DNA of 64,000 nucleotides from a virus (IMGVR_UViG_3300029288_000059:64001-128000), one strand, 5' to 3'; counted from the stretch's first letter, positions 49,047 to 60,994 are shown. The notes: generated by a model not told the origin, from the sequence alone. Numbers and translations: made by a program.

Positions 49047-49754
49047 TTAAACCTCAATTTCAAATATTTCTAAACTAGTAATGACTGCACCACCAAACGC
49101 TGCATTAGTACCATTGAATGAATTAACGTATAAGCTACCAGCACTTGCACCAACTCGAACCGTGTAAGTAACACTAGCGGAACTAGAGGTAGCAAATGAG
49201 GCTCCAAATGTCAATGTTCCTTCATACCCGGATTGTAATTGAATCGTACTAGCAACAATGGCATTTGCAGTCGAACCCGCAAATATAGCACCAACTGCAC
49301 TAGCAGCAGTACTAACGCTAAATAATAAATTAGCAATTAATAATAAACGATTACCAGATTTTTTTGGTGCATAACTCATCGATATAATTTGAGTACCTTC
49401 TGTAATCTGTGGAATAGTTGCATCTACTGGTATTCTTGCCGCGGTTGATACAACAGTACTAATATTAGTTAGTGAATAATTAACAAATACACCGGCAGCT
49501 AACTTTGAATAATCAATACTAGAATTGGCAATATCATCCCCATCGATTAATCCATTAGTACCCAGATTTAATAGTTTGCAGTAAGTACCACTAACACGTT
49601 GGTATGTGGCAGAATTAGCCCCATTATTATAGATATATAAATCTCCATCACTACCAATTGCATTATTTGGAGTTGTGGAACCTGACCGAACAGTTGGTCC
49701 TTTTTTACCTATTTGGAATGAGTTACCACTTATACCCTTTATATTATCTTTCAT
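49047..49754 (-). CDS. tail fibre-related structural protein
   Basis: FQIGKKGP..P.N.IG.DGDLY (shared with the 49897 N-terminus); IPQITEG. Confidence 0.65.
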   Translation of the reverse strand: MKDNIKGISGNSFQIGKKGPTVRSGSTTPNNAIGSDGDLYIYNNGANSATYQRVSGTYCKLLNLGTNGLIDGDDIANSSIDYSKLAAGVFVNYSLTNISTVVSTAARIPVDATIPQITEGTQIISMSYAPKKSGNRLLLIANLLFSVSTAASAVGAIFAGSTANAIVASTIQLQSGYEGTLTFGASFATSSSASVTYTVRVGASAGSLYVNSFNGTNAAFGGAVITSLEIFEIEV

Positions 49755-49896
49755 AATATCCTCGTTCGGTTAATTTAATCTATAATATTATATATTTAAG
49801 GTTATAAGTCAAATATATATTTAAAAATTAAATTCTATATTTTCATTTATTATTATACTATAAATATACGTATATTTAATAAGAAGGGATATTGTT

Positions 49897-52800
49897 ATGA
49901 CGGGTGTTACATATACATCATTATCAATTGGAAAAGACGGTCCAAATATATTGAATGGGACGGGAATACCAAATTCTAGTATTGGTATAAATGGTGATGT
50001 TTATGTTAGAAAAGATACTACTGATATATATAGGAAAATATCAGGCACGTGGTCTCCTGTATCCTCTTCAGGTAGTGTTGTTGGTAGTGAGTCCTTCGCT
50101 ACAAACGTAAGTGTTGGTAACTTAGTTTATTATAATTCTACCACAAAACAATATGAGTTAGCAGATGCGTTAATTGGTTGTAACGGTGTCAGAGGTATTA
50201 ACAATAACGTATTATCCTTTAGTGATGTATTTGATACTGGAACAACCACTTTAAGTGTTGGTACGGTATATTATGTTGGTAGTTCTGTTAATAATGAACA
50301 GGGTGGTTATACTACTAATGATACTGGATTAATTTTAGGAACTGCAATTACAACTAGTTCCATTATATTAGAAGTTGGTTTACCATTCGCAGTTACATCA
50401 GAGTTAGTTAATACGAATCGTTCTAAAGTTATGAATCCACAAAATACATTTCAAGCTATTGATTTGTATATGATTCAAGAATTTATGAATAAAGCGAATC
50501 TATGGGAATCATCAAGAAGAATGCCAAACACATTAACTAGTGTTAATGGCGTTGTTGATGTTGATTTTAATAATACGAATTATTATCTTACTACTACTGA
50601 AAATTCAATATTTGCAAATCCATCTAATACAATTTTAACTAATAACGTTGGGAAACGTGGTATTATAACGGTTAAACAAGAATCAACCCCTTATACTGTT
50701 GATTTTAAAAATAAATGGACCGTTGCTGATGGGGTTGATATTACCCATACTTCAAATGCTAAAGACTTAATTGACTATTATATTAATAATGATAATCAAA
50801 TAGATTGTAATATAATTAAAAATGTAATAGCACGTTCCGCGATTATAACGGTAAATCATGCACCTACTATTACATCACCTAGTTCGATTTTAACTAGTGA
50901 AGATACACCATATACCCTATCAAATGTATCATTTGATGATAGTCTTGACACACAGGAATTAGTAGCATCAACCGTAACATTAAGTTGTACTCATGGTACA
51001 TTTACTGTTACCGATAGTAATGTTACAATTACTAATAATGGTACTAGTAATGTAACGGTTACTGGTATGATTGCTCAACTTAATACTGCAATGGGAAATA
51101 CTGTTTATACTCCTGTATTAAACTATAATGGTAATGATTCATTAAGTGTATCAATTAATGATAATAACAATGGTGGTGGTGTATCCGCACAAATAACATC
51201 TACCAACATAGATATTACTATTAGTGCGGTATGGGATGGGTCTAGTTGGGGTCTTACAGCCATTAATACTAATGTTAATACCCCTGTCATCGTAGACACA
51301 TTTATCAATCAAATAGTTAAGAACGTATCGACGGAAGTTTGGAAATGGGAGTTTACAGTACCCACTACTTCTATAACTATTGGTGGAACAAGAGTAGGTG
51401 ATGTATGGGTGGTATTAGATAGTGAATTGTCTACCTCTTCTATAACATTCACCGAAGCAGTACCAACACAGGCTGGTTTATTATTAAACTTTTATGACGA
51501 TACCGAATTATATTTGAGTAATAATTGGCATTTCACCGTACTATCTAATGTTACATATACAAATCATGCACCTATATTATCTGCACCATCTTCGTTTACA
51601 ATGAATGAGGATACTGTTTATAATTTTTCAAATATTAGCATTAGTGATAGTGAAGACTTACATGAAATTGCTAATACAACAATTACATTTACTTGCTCGA
51701 ACGGAACGCTAATATCCAACTCAACCGATGGAACACATACGATTACTCTTTCTGGTGCAGGTACTAGTACATTTAGCATGATAGGTAGAATTGTTGACCT
51801 TAACGCACTATTAACCACCTTAACATATACCCCTACTAGTAATTATAATGGTAGTGATACTATTAGTATTAGTGTAAGTGATGGTGGTAATGGTAGTGAA
51901 ACAGCTGGAACTAATGTATTAACAACATCAGGAAGTATTGATGTAACGATTAGTAACGTATTAGATGCACCAGTATTAACAGTATCTGATATATATGTAA
52001 CCCCAAATACAACTACCCCATTTCCAATAACAGTAACAGATATAGATTCAAGTGCAGTATTAACAGTGGAAATATCAGGACTTGGTACTACATATACTCT
52101 TAATTATGGAACTTATAATAGTGGTACTGATGTATGGAGTCTATCGTATGCAGATTTAACGGGATTAACTGTTACATCACCAGTAACAGAAGGTACAATT
52201 AGTCCTGTTATAACGGCGTTTGCAACTTTGGGTGTTGATGTGGCATCAAGTTCAAACTCTATAACAATTTATAATGCATCAATTTTAACGGTCGATAATA
52301 ATACCTTGATATTAGCACCATTAACAACATCAAATCAGTACCTAGTTGATAGTTCACTAAGAAATCGTTTATTTACGATGAGCCAACCATTGAGTACTGA
52401 CCATGTTTTTAATAGTACTAAATCTATTAATGGTGAGTGTACAATAAGAAAAAGAATATCGAATCCAGATAGATTTAATTTCGAAAATGGATACACGATT
52501 GAATTTTGGCATAATTACGAAGCACCCACCACTACCTTTAATCCAAATACTTATCAACTTATTAAATTAACTAGTGACGATACATCTTATATTAAATTAT
52601 CGTGTGTTAGTGGTGATATGCGTTGGGATTTTTATGATACCGTAATAGGAATACAATCGGGTCAGGTTGGTAGTGCTATGTCGGTTGGTTGGCATCATAT
52701 AGCATTAGTCTATGTTGGAACTATTAACATTGGTAATGATTGTGTATTATATATTGACGGTACTTCTGTAGCAACTATTCCAATTGCTCGTTCACCTAGT

Positions 52801-54873
52801 AATTATAATTCATATATCGAAGTTGGGGAGATAAATACTAGTAATAGTATCTATATCGACGGAATACGTATAACTAACGGTATCCGTTATACAACCACAT
52901 TTACCCCCCCTGTTGATTTAACAATATATGATGAATTTACATATCAAACTGTATTATTACTAGATGCTGAACAACAAGCCGCTGGACGTAATATAGAAGA
53001 CCACTCACCCGAACCATTACGGATTAATAATATGGTATCTATTAATCAACTTGTGTTAATACCTAACACAAATGGTAATACTGAATGCATCCATTTAGGT
53101 CAAAACCATAATATTCAGATAACTAATAATATAGCGGATTTTAACCTTACTACCTTTACATTAGATTTTTATACTAGAATTATAAACAATGTTTTTTATA
53201 ATGGGTATATCCATATCGGTACAACGGCAACTGATGGTACTGAATGGTTCGTAGAAGTACAACCGAATTATATCTATATATATACGGGTACCCAGACATT
53301 TTTATATCCAACAATACAGTTCGCTGATATGAATTGGCATCATATAGCGTTTAGTTCGGATGGTAGTAATTTATATCTTTTTGTTGATGGTAAGTTATTA
53401 TCTACTTATAGTATAACGAGTGCTGATTTTGTTAACCCATCTTATGGATTACAAATATATAAAAGTGGTGGATACCATGGTTCAAATGAATTAGGTGAAT
53501 TACGCCTGTCTAATGTATGTAGATATACAAGTGATTTTACAATCCCTACATCAAGTGATTATTTATCAGCTAATGATACACAATGGGCATCGGTATTATT
53601 ATTAACGGGTGCTGGTAATGTTACATCAACAACATGGACTGATGCAACATCTCGACATAGTATTACAGGTACTGGATTCGTAGTATCACCTATTAATAGC
53701 GTTATTGCCCCAACAAGTCGTATTAAAACTCTTAATATTATAGGTGGTACTGATATAACTTCGTTTTGGGATTATCAACATATATTCTCTTCAACTTCTA
53801 AAAATTATTATGATGAATCGTTCATGTTTGGGTTGGTAAATGGTAGAGAATATACTCTTGAATTTAACGTGTATATCCCATCGGGTACAGGTAGTTGCTA
53901 TATCTTATATCAAGGCAGTGTACAATGTCTTAATATTCAATTTGATGGTACTAATTTAGTATTAACTTCCAATGGTGGAATACCTATTACTACTGATGTA
54001 TGGCATCACGTCGCTGTTACTGGCGGCGTAAATGAAAATGTATGGATTGATGGTATATTAGTGTCTAGTATGGCCAAGAATGGCAATGCGTATGTTGATG
54101 GGGAATCATTAACTATTGGTCACCCTTGGATTTATATGGATAATGTAAGATTTACATACGATGTTAATCGTTATACATCAACCTTTACACCCCCAACAAC
54201 ATTAGGTACTAATGTTACTGATGATATATATTACAATAAAGTTAATCTGTTATTAACCGACTTACAAGATAGTGTCAAGTATGTATCTGAATCAAACATT
54301 AACTCACATGATGTTATTTTACAAGGTACTTCTACTATTGATACTAATATAACAAAGTTTGGTACTGGTAGTTTATTATTAGCGAATCCAACAGATGGTA
54401 TCACTGATGCATGGGCTATTATTCCAGTAACTAAGAATGATAATCATACATTCTCACTACATAATACATGGACAATTGAAATGTGGGTATATCCATTAAC
54501 TATTAAAAATTGTACAGTATTATCAGTCAGTCCTGATTGGTCTATAAAATTATCAAATTCGGAATTAGTATTGGATGCGGAAGAAAGCCAATATGCATTA
54601 TCAATATATCCAAACATTAATGAATGGACTCATATAGCAGTTACATATGATGGTACGATATTAAGATGGTTTATGAATGGTGCTTTATCAATCTCATTGG
54701 TTGATACGATTGGTACGATTACCACAACGAATAACTTAGTTATTGGTTGTTCATTAGATAATACGTCTGTGGACGCTTTTAATGGGCATATAGAGGGGTT
54801 GCGTATCACTAGTAGTTGTTTGTACACTACTACATTCACACCCCCTACAACCTCAAATTATGGCTATGTATAA
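49897..54873 (+). CDS. large tail fibre/adhesin with cadherin-like and LamG domains
   Basis: NHAP..EDT..YTP..NYNG.D repeats; WHHIA, IDGIRIT..RYT..FTPP LamG repeats. Confidence 0.8.
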   Translation: MTGVTYTSLSIGKDGPNILNGTGIPNSSIGINGDVYVRKDTTDIYRKISGTWSPVSSSGSVVGSESFATNVSVGNLVYYNSTTKQYELADALIGCNGVRGINNNVLSFSDVFDTGTTTLSVGTVYYVGSSVNNEQGGYTTNDTGLILGTAITTSSIILEVGLPFAVTSELVNTNRSKVMNPQNTFQAIDLYMIQEFMNKANLWESSRRMPNTLTSVNGVVDVDFNNTNYYLTTTENSIFANPSNTILTNNVGKRGIITVKQESTPYTVDFKNKWTVADGVDITHTSNAKDLIDYYINNDNQIDCNIIKNVIARSAIITVNHAPTITSPSSILTSEDTPYTLSNVSFDDSLDTQELVASTVTLSCTHGTFTVTDSNVTITNNGTSNVTVTGMIAQLNTAMGNTVYTPVLNYNGNDSLSVSINDNNNGGGVSAQITSTNIDITISAVWDGSSWGLTAINTNVNTPVIVDTFINQIVKNVSTEVWKWEFTVPTTSITIGGTRVGDVWVVLDSELSTSSITFTEAVPTQAGLLLNFYDDTELYLSNNWHFTVLSNVTYTNHAPILSAPSSFTMNEDTVYNFSNISISDSEDLHEIANTTITFTCSNGTLISNSTDGTHTITLSGAGTSTFSMIGRIVDLNALLTTLTYTPTSNYNGSDTISISVSDGGNGSETAGTNVLTTSGSIDVTISNVLDAPVLTVSDIYVTPNTTTPFPITVTDIDSSAVLTVEISGLGTTYTLNYGTYNSGTDVWSLSYADLTGLTVTSPVTEGTISPVITAFATLGVDVASSSNSITIYNASILTVDNNTLILAPLTTSNQYLVDSSLRNRLFTMSQPLSTDHVFNSTKSINGECTIRKRISNPDRFNFENGYTIEFWHNYEAPTTTFNPNTYQLIKLTSDDTSYIKLSCVSGDMRWDFYDTVIGIQSGQVGSAMSVGWHHIALVYVGTINIGNDCVLYIDGTSVATIPIARSPSNYNSYIEVGEINTSNSIYIDGIRITNGIRYTTTFTPPVDLTIYDEFTYQTVLLLDAEQQAAGRNIEDHSPEPLRINNMVSINQLVLIPNTNGNTECIHLGQNHNIQITNNIADFNLTTFTLDFYTRIINNVFYNGYIHIGTTATDGTEWFVEVQPNYIYIYTGTQTFLYPTIQFADMNWHHIAFSSDGSNLYLFVDGKLLSTYSITSADFVNPSYGLQIYKSGGYHGSNELGELRLSNVCRYTSDFTIPTSSDYLSANDTQWASVLLLTGAGNVTSTTWTDATSRHSITGTGFVVSPINSVIAPTSRIKTLNIIGGTDITSFWDYQHIFSSTSKNYYDESFMFGLVNGREYTLEFNVYIPSGTGSCYILYQGSVQCLNIQFDGTNLVLTSNGGIPITTDVWHHVAVTGGVNENVWIDGILVSSMAKNGNAYVDGESLTIGHPWIYMDNVRFTYDVNRYTSTFTPPTTLGTNVTDDIYYNKVNLLLTDLQDSVKYVSESNINSHDVILQGTSTIDTNITKFGTGSLLLANPTDGITDAWAIIPVTKNDNHTFSLHNTWTIEMWVYPLTIKNCTVLSVSPDWSIKLSNSELVLDAEESQYALSIYPNINEWTHIAVTYDGTILRWFMNGALSISLVDTIGTITTTNNLVIGCSLDNTSVDAFNGHIEGLRITSSCLYTTTFTPPTTSNYGYV

Positions 54874-54884
54874 GGATAGAATAT

Positions 54885-57131
54885 ATGTCAGCAATTTCAT
54901 TTATAATTAAAAAACAGAATAGTACTCCCGTGTTTCGTAACCTATTGTTATCATCAAGTGGATTGGTGGGTTGTGTTCAGTTATTAGCAGCAGGATGTGA
55001 TGTTAATGATACGTATGTCACTAATGGGTTAGGACTAATTGATAACGGACCATTAACTCATATATTTTATTCACAAGATGAATTGACGTGTTTAGATAGT
55101 ACCAACACTCGTTATAATAGTTCTAGTATATCATTAGATAAACCATTAATTGCGACATCTCAGTATATGAATAGTATTAATCAGTTTGATTTTAGTTCAA
55201 ACATATATACGATTGAATTTTGGTATTACACTACTTCTATAACCACGTATAAAACATTATGTCGTATGGAATCACGTACTATTGAACTAAATAAATGGAG
55301 TTCCGCGATTGGTTATATACAAACAGAGGCGGGTAAGATACAAATAACAAACTTCGATACTCATATCTTTACATTTGAGGAAACTTTAAATGTTAATACA
55401 TGGTATCATGTCGCATTCGTTGCCGATGGTACTAATATAAATCTATATCTAAATGGGGTTAAATCATCTACTAGTGCCGATTGTACAATGTATAATCAAG
55501 TTGGTCCATATACTTCGAGTTTTAGTAATTATGATTTTGAAGTTGAAATGTTATCCGGGTGTGTTAGTGGTAAACCTCGTATTACTAAAGAAGTAAGTAG
55601 ATATACTTCTAATTTTACACCACTGGCATATGGTACGGATGGTTCGTGGAGTCTAAGTCAATTAAATGACCCATATTGGAAAGATGTTGTTTTTTATATT
55701 AATGAAGATATATCCCCATTAGGTGACTATAGAGTGGTATGGGATTCGAGTATGAGTCCTAATCGAATTAACACTTATGGTTCAAGTTCAGGTAATCATA
55801 GAATATTATTAGCATCAAATTACTCATTAACAATAATGAATCATATACATTTAAATTATAGATATTTTCTAAAATCTAATATACATACATCTACAAATTT
55901 AAATTGGTATCCACAAGAACCATTCCCACAATTATCACAGGGTAGAATTTATACATTAGAATATCAAATTTATATTCCTGATACGGTTACGGTATGGACT
56001 CCAATTATTGGTACATTAAAAGGACCACAAATTGGTATGTGGTTAACTACTGATAAACATATTTGTTTTGGTACTTTAAAATTAGATACTAGTTTATATG
56101 ATTACAATGTGGGACATTGGGTGGGTACATATCCACCTACCCAATTAGTTGATACGTTGTCATTAACATCACCTATTACCACTGGTTGGCACCATATTGC
56201 AGTCGTATATGATGGTGGTGCTAATACCGTTATGTATATTGATGGCATTACATCCAGTACTATGGCTTCACAGACATTGAGTGTAGATACTACTCAAAAT
56301 GGATTTGGTATATTAATTGGGGCGGATAGTTCTAATGTATTATTAGACGATTTAAGATTAACATTAGAAGTAGCACGATATACAACAGATTTCACCCCAC
56401 CTAATAGTTCTCTACCAATCGGTTCTAGTGATACATATTGGGATAATGTATGGATTTTATTACAAGGTGGTGATACAGAACGACAATATGTACCATCACG
56501 TATTGGTAAGAATATTGTATTACATGGTAATACTCAAGTATTAACTACTCCAGTTGCCGTTACTGATACAAAAACAACTCCTAAGGGTTCAACTTTGTTC
56601 TTTGATAATCCAACTAAAGGTGAGACTGAGTCATGGGCTACCGTTGCCTGTGAAATGTATAATCCATATACTTGGTCGATAACAGATACTGGGTTTACTG
56701 CCGAGTTATGGGTTAATACAAAGGATAGTAGGACTGCAAAATTAGTATCTACTCGTAGTAGTGATGAATCAGGTTGGGAAGTATGGCTAAACGGTTTGGA
56801 GATTAGAGTTCAAATACATGGTGTTGGAGTTTTTAATACATCAACTGCTTTAACGATTAATACGTGGTATCATATAGCGTTTACATACGACCCTACGTCC
56901 CATTCTATAAAAATATTCATTAATGGGGTGCTTGAATCAACATCTACTAGTGTGTCACCAACTAATGGTATGAAATGGCGAGTATTGGATATTGGGGCTC
57001 CAATGAATGGTCCATTTCCTACTACTGAATCGTTTAATGGGTATATTCAAGACCTACGTATTACTAATAAATGTCTCTATACTGAAGATTTTATACCGCG
57101 TACAACAACGTTTGGTTTAACCACTTATTAG
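54885..57131 (+). CDS. LamG-domain tail protein
   Basis: three WxH[IV]A..RIT..YT..F.P units. Confidence 0.8.
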   Translation: MSAISFIIKKQNSTPVFRNLLLSSSGLVGCVQLLAAGCDVNDTYVTNGLGLIDNGPLTHIFYSQDELTCLDSTNTRYNSSSISLDKPLIATSQYMNSINQFDFSSNIYTIEFWYYTTSITTYKTLCRMESRTIELNKWSSAIGYIQTEAGKIQITNFDTHIFTFEETLNVNTWYHVAFVADGTNINLYLNGVKSSTSADCTMYNQVGPYTSSFSNYDFEVEMLSGCVSGKPRITKEVSRYTSNFTPLAYGTDGSWSLSQLNDPYWKDVVFYINEDISPLGDYRVVWDSSMSPNRINTYGSSSGNHRILLASNYSLTIMNHIHLNYRYFLKSNIHTSTNLNWYPQEPFPQLSQGRIYTLEYQIYIPDTVTVWTPIIGTLKGPQIGMWLTTDKHICFGTLKLDTSLYDYNVGHWVGTYPPTQLVDTLSLTSPITTGWHHIAVVYDGGANTVMYIDGITSSTMASQTLSVDTTQNGFGILIGADSSNVLLDDLRLTLEVARYTTDFTPPNSSLPIGSSDTYWDNVWILLQGGDTERQYVPSRIGKNIVLHGNTQVLTTPVAVTDTKTTPKGSTLFFDNPTKGETESWATVACEMYNPYTWSITDTGFTAELWVNTKDSRTAKLVSTRSSDESGWEVWLNGLEIRVQIHGVGVFNTSTALTINTWYHIAFTYDPTSHSIKIFINGVLESTSTSVSPTNGMKWRVLDIGAPMNGPFPTTESFNGYIQDLRITNKCLYTEDFIPRTTTFGLTTY

Positions 57132-57178
57132 TATAAATATGTATAATGTTGACTGTAATTGGATAAGGATTAAAATAT

Positions 57179-57895
57179 ATGACTATTGATATTACTAGTA
57201 TAGTAAAGATAATTCAAAAAGGTACAGAATCATTCCCAACAGGGGCAATTGTTGTTGATGATGGTGATATCGTATTTAAGATGATTGGTGATATAAATTA
57301 TGTCGCTCCTGGAGTAACATTATCTTATTCAGATATACCACCAATATTGAGTGAGGAATTAAGTCCAAATGGTAATAAGAGTTTATTTTTTAATAATGTT
57401 GTTGGTTACCCATACTCAGAACCCCCTTACCCACATTTAAGTGTGGATGTATCCTCAGTCTTCACTGAGAATAGTGCATTAGAAGAGTATACATTTGAAT
57501 TGTATTTTAAACCCTCAGAGCAGAGAACTGGGAAAATACTATCTACTCGTTCATGGACACGAGGGTTTGAATTGGGTTCATGGGATGCGAATTTAGGTAT
57601 GGAGTCATTTAGTATTTATCAACATACTAGTATGTCGTGTGTTGCGTATTCCGCACAAAACTGGTATCATTTAGTTTATCAACAGAAAAAAGTTGGAATA
57701 GATTACATTTCAACATTTGCCATAAATGGTACAGTATATCTATCGTCCGACCCAGAGTTCACTCCTTATGGAAAACTAAATCCTTGGGGACAGTTTGTAG
57801 ACTTCGGTAATCCGTATCATGCCGATTTTAGAGAACCTATACGTGGATATATCGCAGATATTGGAATTTATAAAACCGCAAAATATTCTTATTAG
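57179..57895 (+). CDS. LamG-like domain protein
   Basis: YTFELYFKP, NWYHLV, GYIADIGIY. Confidence 0.65.
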   Translation: MTIDITSIVKIIQKGTESFPTGAIVVDDGDIVFKMIGDINYVAPGVTLSYSDIPPILSEELSPNGNKSLFFNNVVGYPYSEPPYPHLSVDVSSVFTENSALEEYTFELYFKPSEQRTGKILSTRSWTRGFELGSWDANLGMESFSIYQHTSMSCVAYSAQNWYHLVYQQKKVGIDYISTFAINGTVYLSSDPEFTPYGKLNPWGQFVDFGNPYHADFREPIRGYIADIGIYKTAKYSY

Positions 57896-57956
57896 GGTGG
57901 TTGTTATGTGCTTCCTATTCAAAATATAAATACTATATGATGGATAGGAGGTTGTT

Positions 57957-58175
57957 ATGAATAATCTAATAGTCTTTTTAATAATTATATTAGCATTTGT
58001 TGGTGCATTTAAGATAGAATCTACTATTAATGACGTTGTGGTTATTCCACAGGAACAAGTAGATAGAGAAATTAATAAAATATATAACGATTGTTTAAAA
58101 CATCATACTATTATTAATAAAGTTGTCAATGATGATTGTAAAAAGATTGCAATTAATAACGCACAACATAAATGA
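57957..58175 (+). CDS. small membrane-anchored late protein
   Basis: N-terminal TM segment; late promoter. Confidence 0.5.
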   Translation: MNNLIVFLIIILAFVGAFKIESTINDVVVIPQEQVDREINKIYNDCLKHHTIINKVVNDDCKKIAINNAQHK

Positions 58176-58259
58176 AATAGATTAATTTTCTAAACAATTG
58201 ACTAATGGTTAATTTCCTGTTATTTTTAAAACTAGTTTAAAATTACAGGAGTTAATATT

Positions 58260-58517
58260 ATGAATCTTACAGTTAAGGAAATACTCGAACTTTCACCTTC
58301 TAATATTAATAAACTCAAATTTGAGTTATTAAAAGTTAACATAACTAACAAGTTAAAGAATACATTAGATGATGTTGAGTTGAATGGAGTCACTATTGAA
58401 ACTATTAATCAACTTAACGATGAGTTACCAATCATCGAAGCATTAGAAATCTTGTTGGGTTTAACAGAACAACAAACAAATGAAAAATTAGTACGATTAG
58501 ATGATCTAGCTAGTTGA
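58260..58517 (+). CDS. hypothetical protein
   Basis: AGGAG RBS. Confidence 0.5.
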   Translation: MNLTVKEILELSPSNINKLKFELLKVNITNKLKNTLDDVELNGVTIETINQLNDELPIIEALEILLGLTEQQTNEKLVRLDDLAS

Positions 58518-58663
58518 CAATGAATCGTCCTTATGTTATATTTAAATTATAAATTAAACATAAGGACGAAATTCAATGTTTAAATTAAAGTGTCAATTAA
58601 CTGTCATACTCCCGGTCCATATTGTCATTCATAAGTATGTATTAAAAACAGCGATGAAAGGGT

Positions 58664-58879
58664 ATGGCTATGTCAGAAAATAAAGAAATTAAGGAATTTG
58701 ATGAAACTATATTTCATGTCGGCCCATGCCATAATACGAATATGGAAGCATTGCATTATGAGTTATCACGGGATTCATTAGTTGATTCTTTGTCTTATTG
58801 GCTAGATGATGAAGGTAATGAAAATCTAGCCAACCATGATTTGGACGAACAAGACCCTGATGGTGATTATAATGAGTAA
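58664..58879 (+). CDS. small acidic protein
   Basis: D/E-rich sequence. Confidence 0.45.
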   Translation: MAMSENKEIKEFDETIFHVGPCHNTNMEALHYELSRDSLVDSLSYWLDDEGNENLANHDLDEQDPDGDYNE

Positions 58880-58955
58880 GAAATACGTGATATTATTTGA
58901 CATTAATAATTAATTGTTATAATATAATTATAGTAGGTTATAATTTAGGAACACA

Positions 58956-59426
58956 ATGATGAAAAAAGCATATATCATGATTGGATTACCAGGTAGTGGT
59001 AAATCCACTTGGATAAACGATAATGCTAGTTGTGCTAAAGTGTTAAGCACTGATAATATCATTGACTCCTATTGTCGTCAAAATAACATTACTTATAATG
59101 AAGGGTTCAAACGTTTTATTAAACTTGCTACTAATCAGTTCAATAACGAATTATCTAATATTAATAATTATAAGGGTGATATTGTTATTGACCAAACAAA
59201 TCTAACTAAGAAATCACGGGCTTATAAATTAAAGAAATTATCTTCATTCAAGAAGATAGCAGTTGTTTGTAAACTTGATAGTGATGAGTTGCAACGCAGA
59301 TTAGATAATCGTTCAATTCAAGATGGTAAGACAATACCATCAAATATTATATCAAGTATGATACTTTCTTATGAACAACCAACACTAGATGAGTTTGATG
59401 AAATTATATATGTGAATGGAAAGTGA
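58956..59426 (+). CDS. P-loop kinase (AAA_33/polynucleotide kinase-like)
   Basis: GLPGSGKSTW, STD, IDQTNL..KSR. Confidence 0.85.
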   Translation: MMKKAYIMIGLPGSGKSTWINDNASCAKVLSTDNIIDSYCRQNNITYNEGFKRFIKLATNQFNNELSNINNYKGDIVIDQTNLTKKSRAYKLKKLSSFKKIAVVCKLDSDELQRRLDNRSIQDGKTIPSNIISSMILSYEQPTLDEFDEIIYVNGK

Positions 59427-59853
59427 TATGATTGAAATCCATACAGATGGTGCTTGTAGTGGTAATCCAGGACCGGGTGGTTGGGGTGCTATTATTGTTT
59501 ATCCAACTGAAAAAGTTGAATTAAAAGGTGGTGAACCACATACTACCAATCAACGAATGGAGTTAATGGGTGTTATTAAGTCATTAGAGACAATTACTGA
59601 ACCAAATGACATTATAATCCATACGGATTCACAATATGTCCAAAAAGGATTTATGGAATGGTTATCTAATTGGATTAAGAATGGTTGGGTTAATAGTAAT
59701 AAGAAACCAGTCGCTAATAAGGACTTATGGTTAGCATTAATTAACGCTAGTAAAATTCATCATGTTAAGATTGTATGGGTTAAGGGACATAACGGTAATG
59801 AGATGAATGAACGAGTTAATACTTTAGCTCAACATGAGAGTAAGCATAATTAG
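59416..59853 (+). CDS. rnhA: ribonuclease HI
   Basis: TDGACSGNPGPGGWG, TTNQRMEL, TDSQY, WVKGH..NE. Confidence 0.95.
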   Translation: MESDMIEIHTDGACSGNPGPGGWGAIIVYPTEKVELKGGEPHTTNQRMELMGVIKSLETITEPNDIIIHTDSQYVQKGFMEWLSNWIKNGWVNSNKKPVANKDLWLALINASKIHHVKIVWVKGHNGNEMNERVNTLAQHESKHN

Positions 59854-60287
59854 TTCCTGTATATTACCATTTCCATTTCCTTTTCATTTTTTATTATGTA
59901 TGATGTTTCATTGAATTGTGATGAGAATATTTTACGATATTCTCTATATTTTGGTGAGAACCATATATTATAACGTGGAATGATATATCTATACCAAACA
60001 TAGTCTAAAACGTTATTAGCATCGTATGATAGTTCATTCGGTTCTGTTATCTCAATAATCCCATTAGTTTTCAATATTCGTTTAAATTCTAGTACCAACG
60101 CCCCTAAGTCTTGCACGTGATGAATTACGTTTTGGCATTTGATACAATCGACAGATGAATCGTTTATTCCAATAATTCTATTTTGTTCTATGTCATAAAG
60201 ATAATCAAGTGTGAACGTCGGTTCAATATCACAGGTGAAATATCCATCTGTTGGTGAATAGCCGGAGCCAAAATCTAACTTAAACAT
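59850..60287 (-). CDS. class I SAM-dependent methyltransferase
   Basis: LDFGSG, NVIHHV, EFKRILKTNG. Confidence 0.8.
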   Translation of the reverse strand: MFKLDFGSGYSPTDGYFTCDIEPTFTLDYLYDIEQNRIIGINDSSVDCIKCQNVIHHVQDLGALVLEFKRILKTNGIIEITEPNELSYDANNVLDYVWYRYIIPRYNIWFSPKYREYRKIFSSQFNETSYIIKNEKEMEMVIYRN

Positions 60288-60994
60288 AGATGACCCTTCC
60301 CGTTAATAACATCATTAAACTCTAATGTGCTTGTACTATTGGGCAGAATAATAAGGTTGTCATGTGTATTATCGTGGTGGAATGACCAAAAATTAAAATT
60401 ATTACGAGTAAGAGTGAATACATTGTAGTTTTGATGTTGTTCTATACTATATGGTTCATCTATTATTTTTGAGAATATAGAAGTCTCTATTGGAATATCT
60501 TTCATATCTTCACAAAACGTTAATCCTATATTATTAGAACTAGCATATTTTATAATATCATAGTATGTACTGAAATTGCCAATTCTTGACATAAAAACAT
60601 TTAATCGTACATTACAATGATTTTGTAACTCTTTAATTTTAAAAAGAATATTATGGTTTTTGAAGTTTGGCATACTTATATTAATATTTGTAATACCGGC
60701 ATTAATACAATCATTGTAAAATGAAATATCACCTTTGCCATTAGTCGTAAGGTTGTATTGTTGTGCTTTATTTAATGGTATAATTGTATTTAATAGTTCA
60801 ATGGTTTTGGTGGGATAATCGGACAACTCACCACCCATGAATGTCATATACTCTACATCAGGAACATTACTTAGTGCCAATAAGGCATTAGAAGGGGTTA
60901 AGAATACCCCTTCTTTATGTTTTTGATAACAGAATGGACAATTAGAATTACATTTGTATGTTCCAATTATCCTTATACCTGTTATATTAGCCAT
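60275..60994 (-). CDS. radical SAM protein
   Basis: CNSNCPFC, MGGE, TTNG; likely true start MANITG at 60994. Confidence 0.85.
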   Translation of the reverse strand: MANITGIRIIGTYKCNSNCPFCYQKHKEGVFLTPSNALLALSNVPDVEYMTFMGGELSDYPTKTIELLNTIIPLNKAQQYNLTTNGKGDISFYNDCINAGITNINISMPNFKNHNILFKIKELQNHCNVRLNVFMSRIGNFSTYYDIIKYASSNNIGLTFCEDMKDIPIETSIFSKIIDEPYSIEQHQNYNVFTLTRNNFNFWSFHHDNTHDNLIILPNSTSTLEFNDVINGKGHLCLS

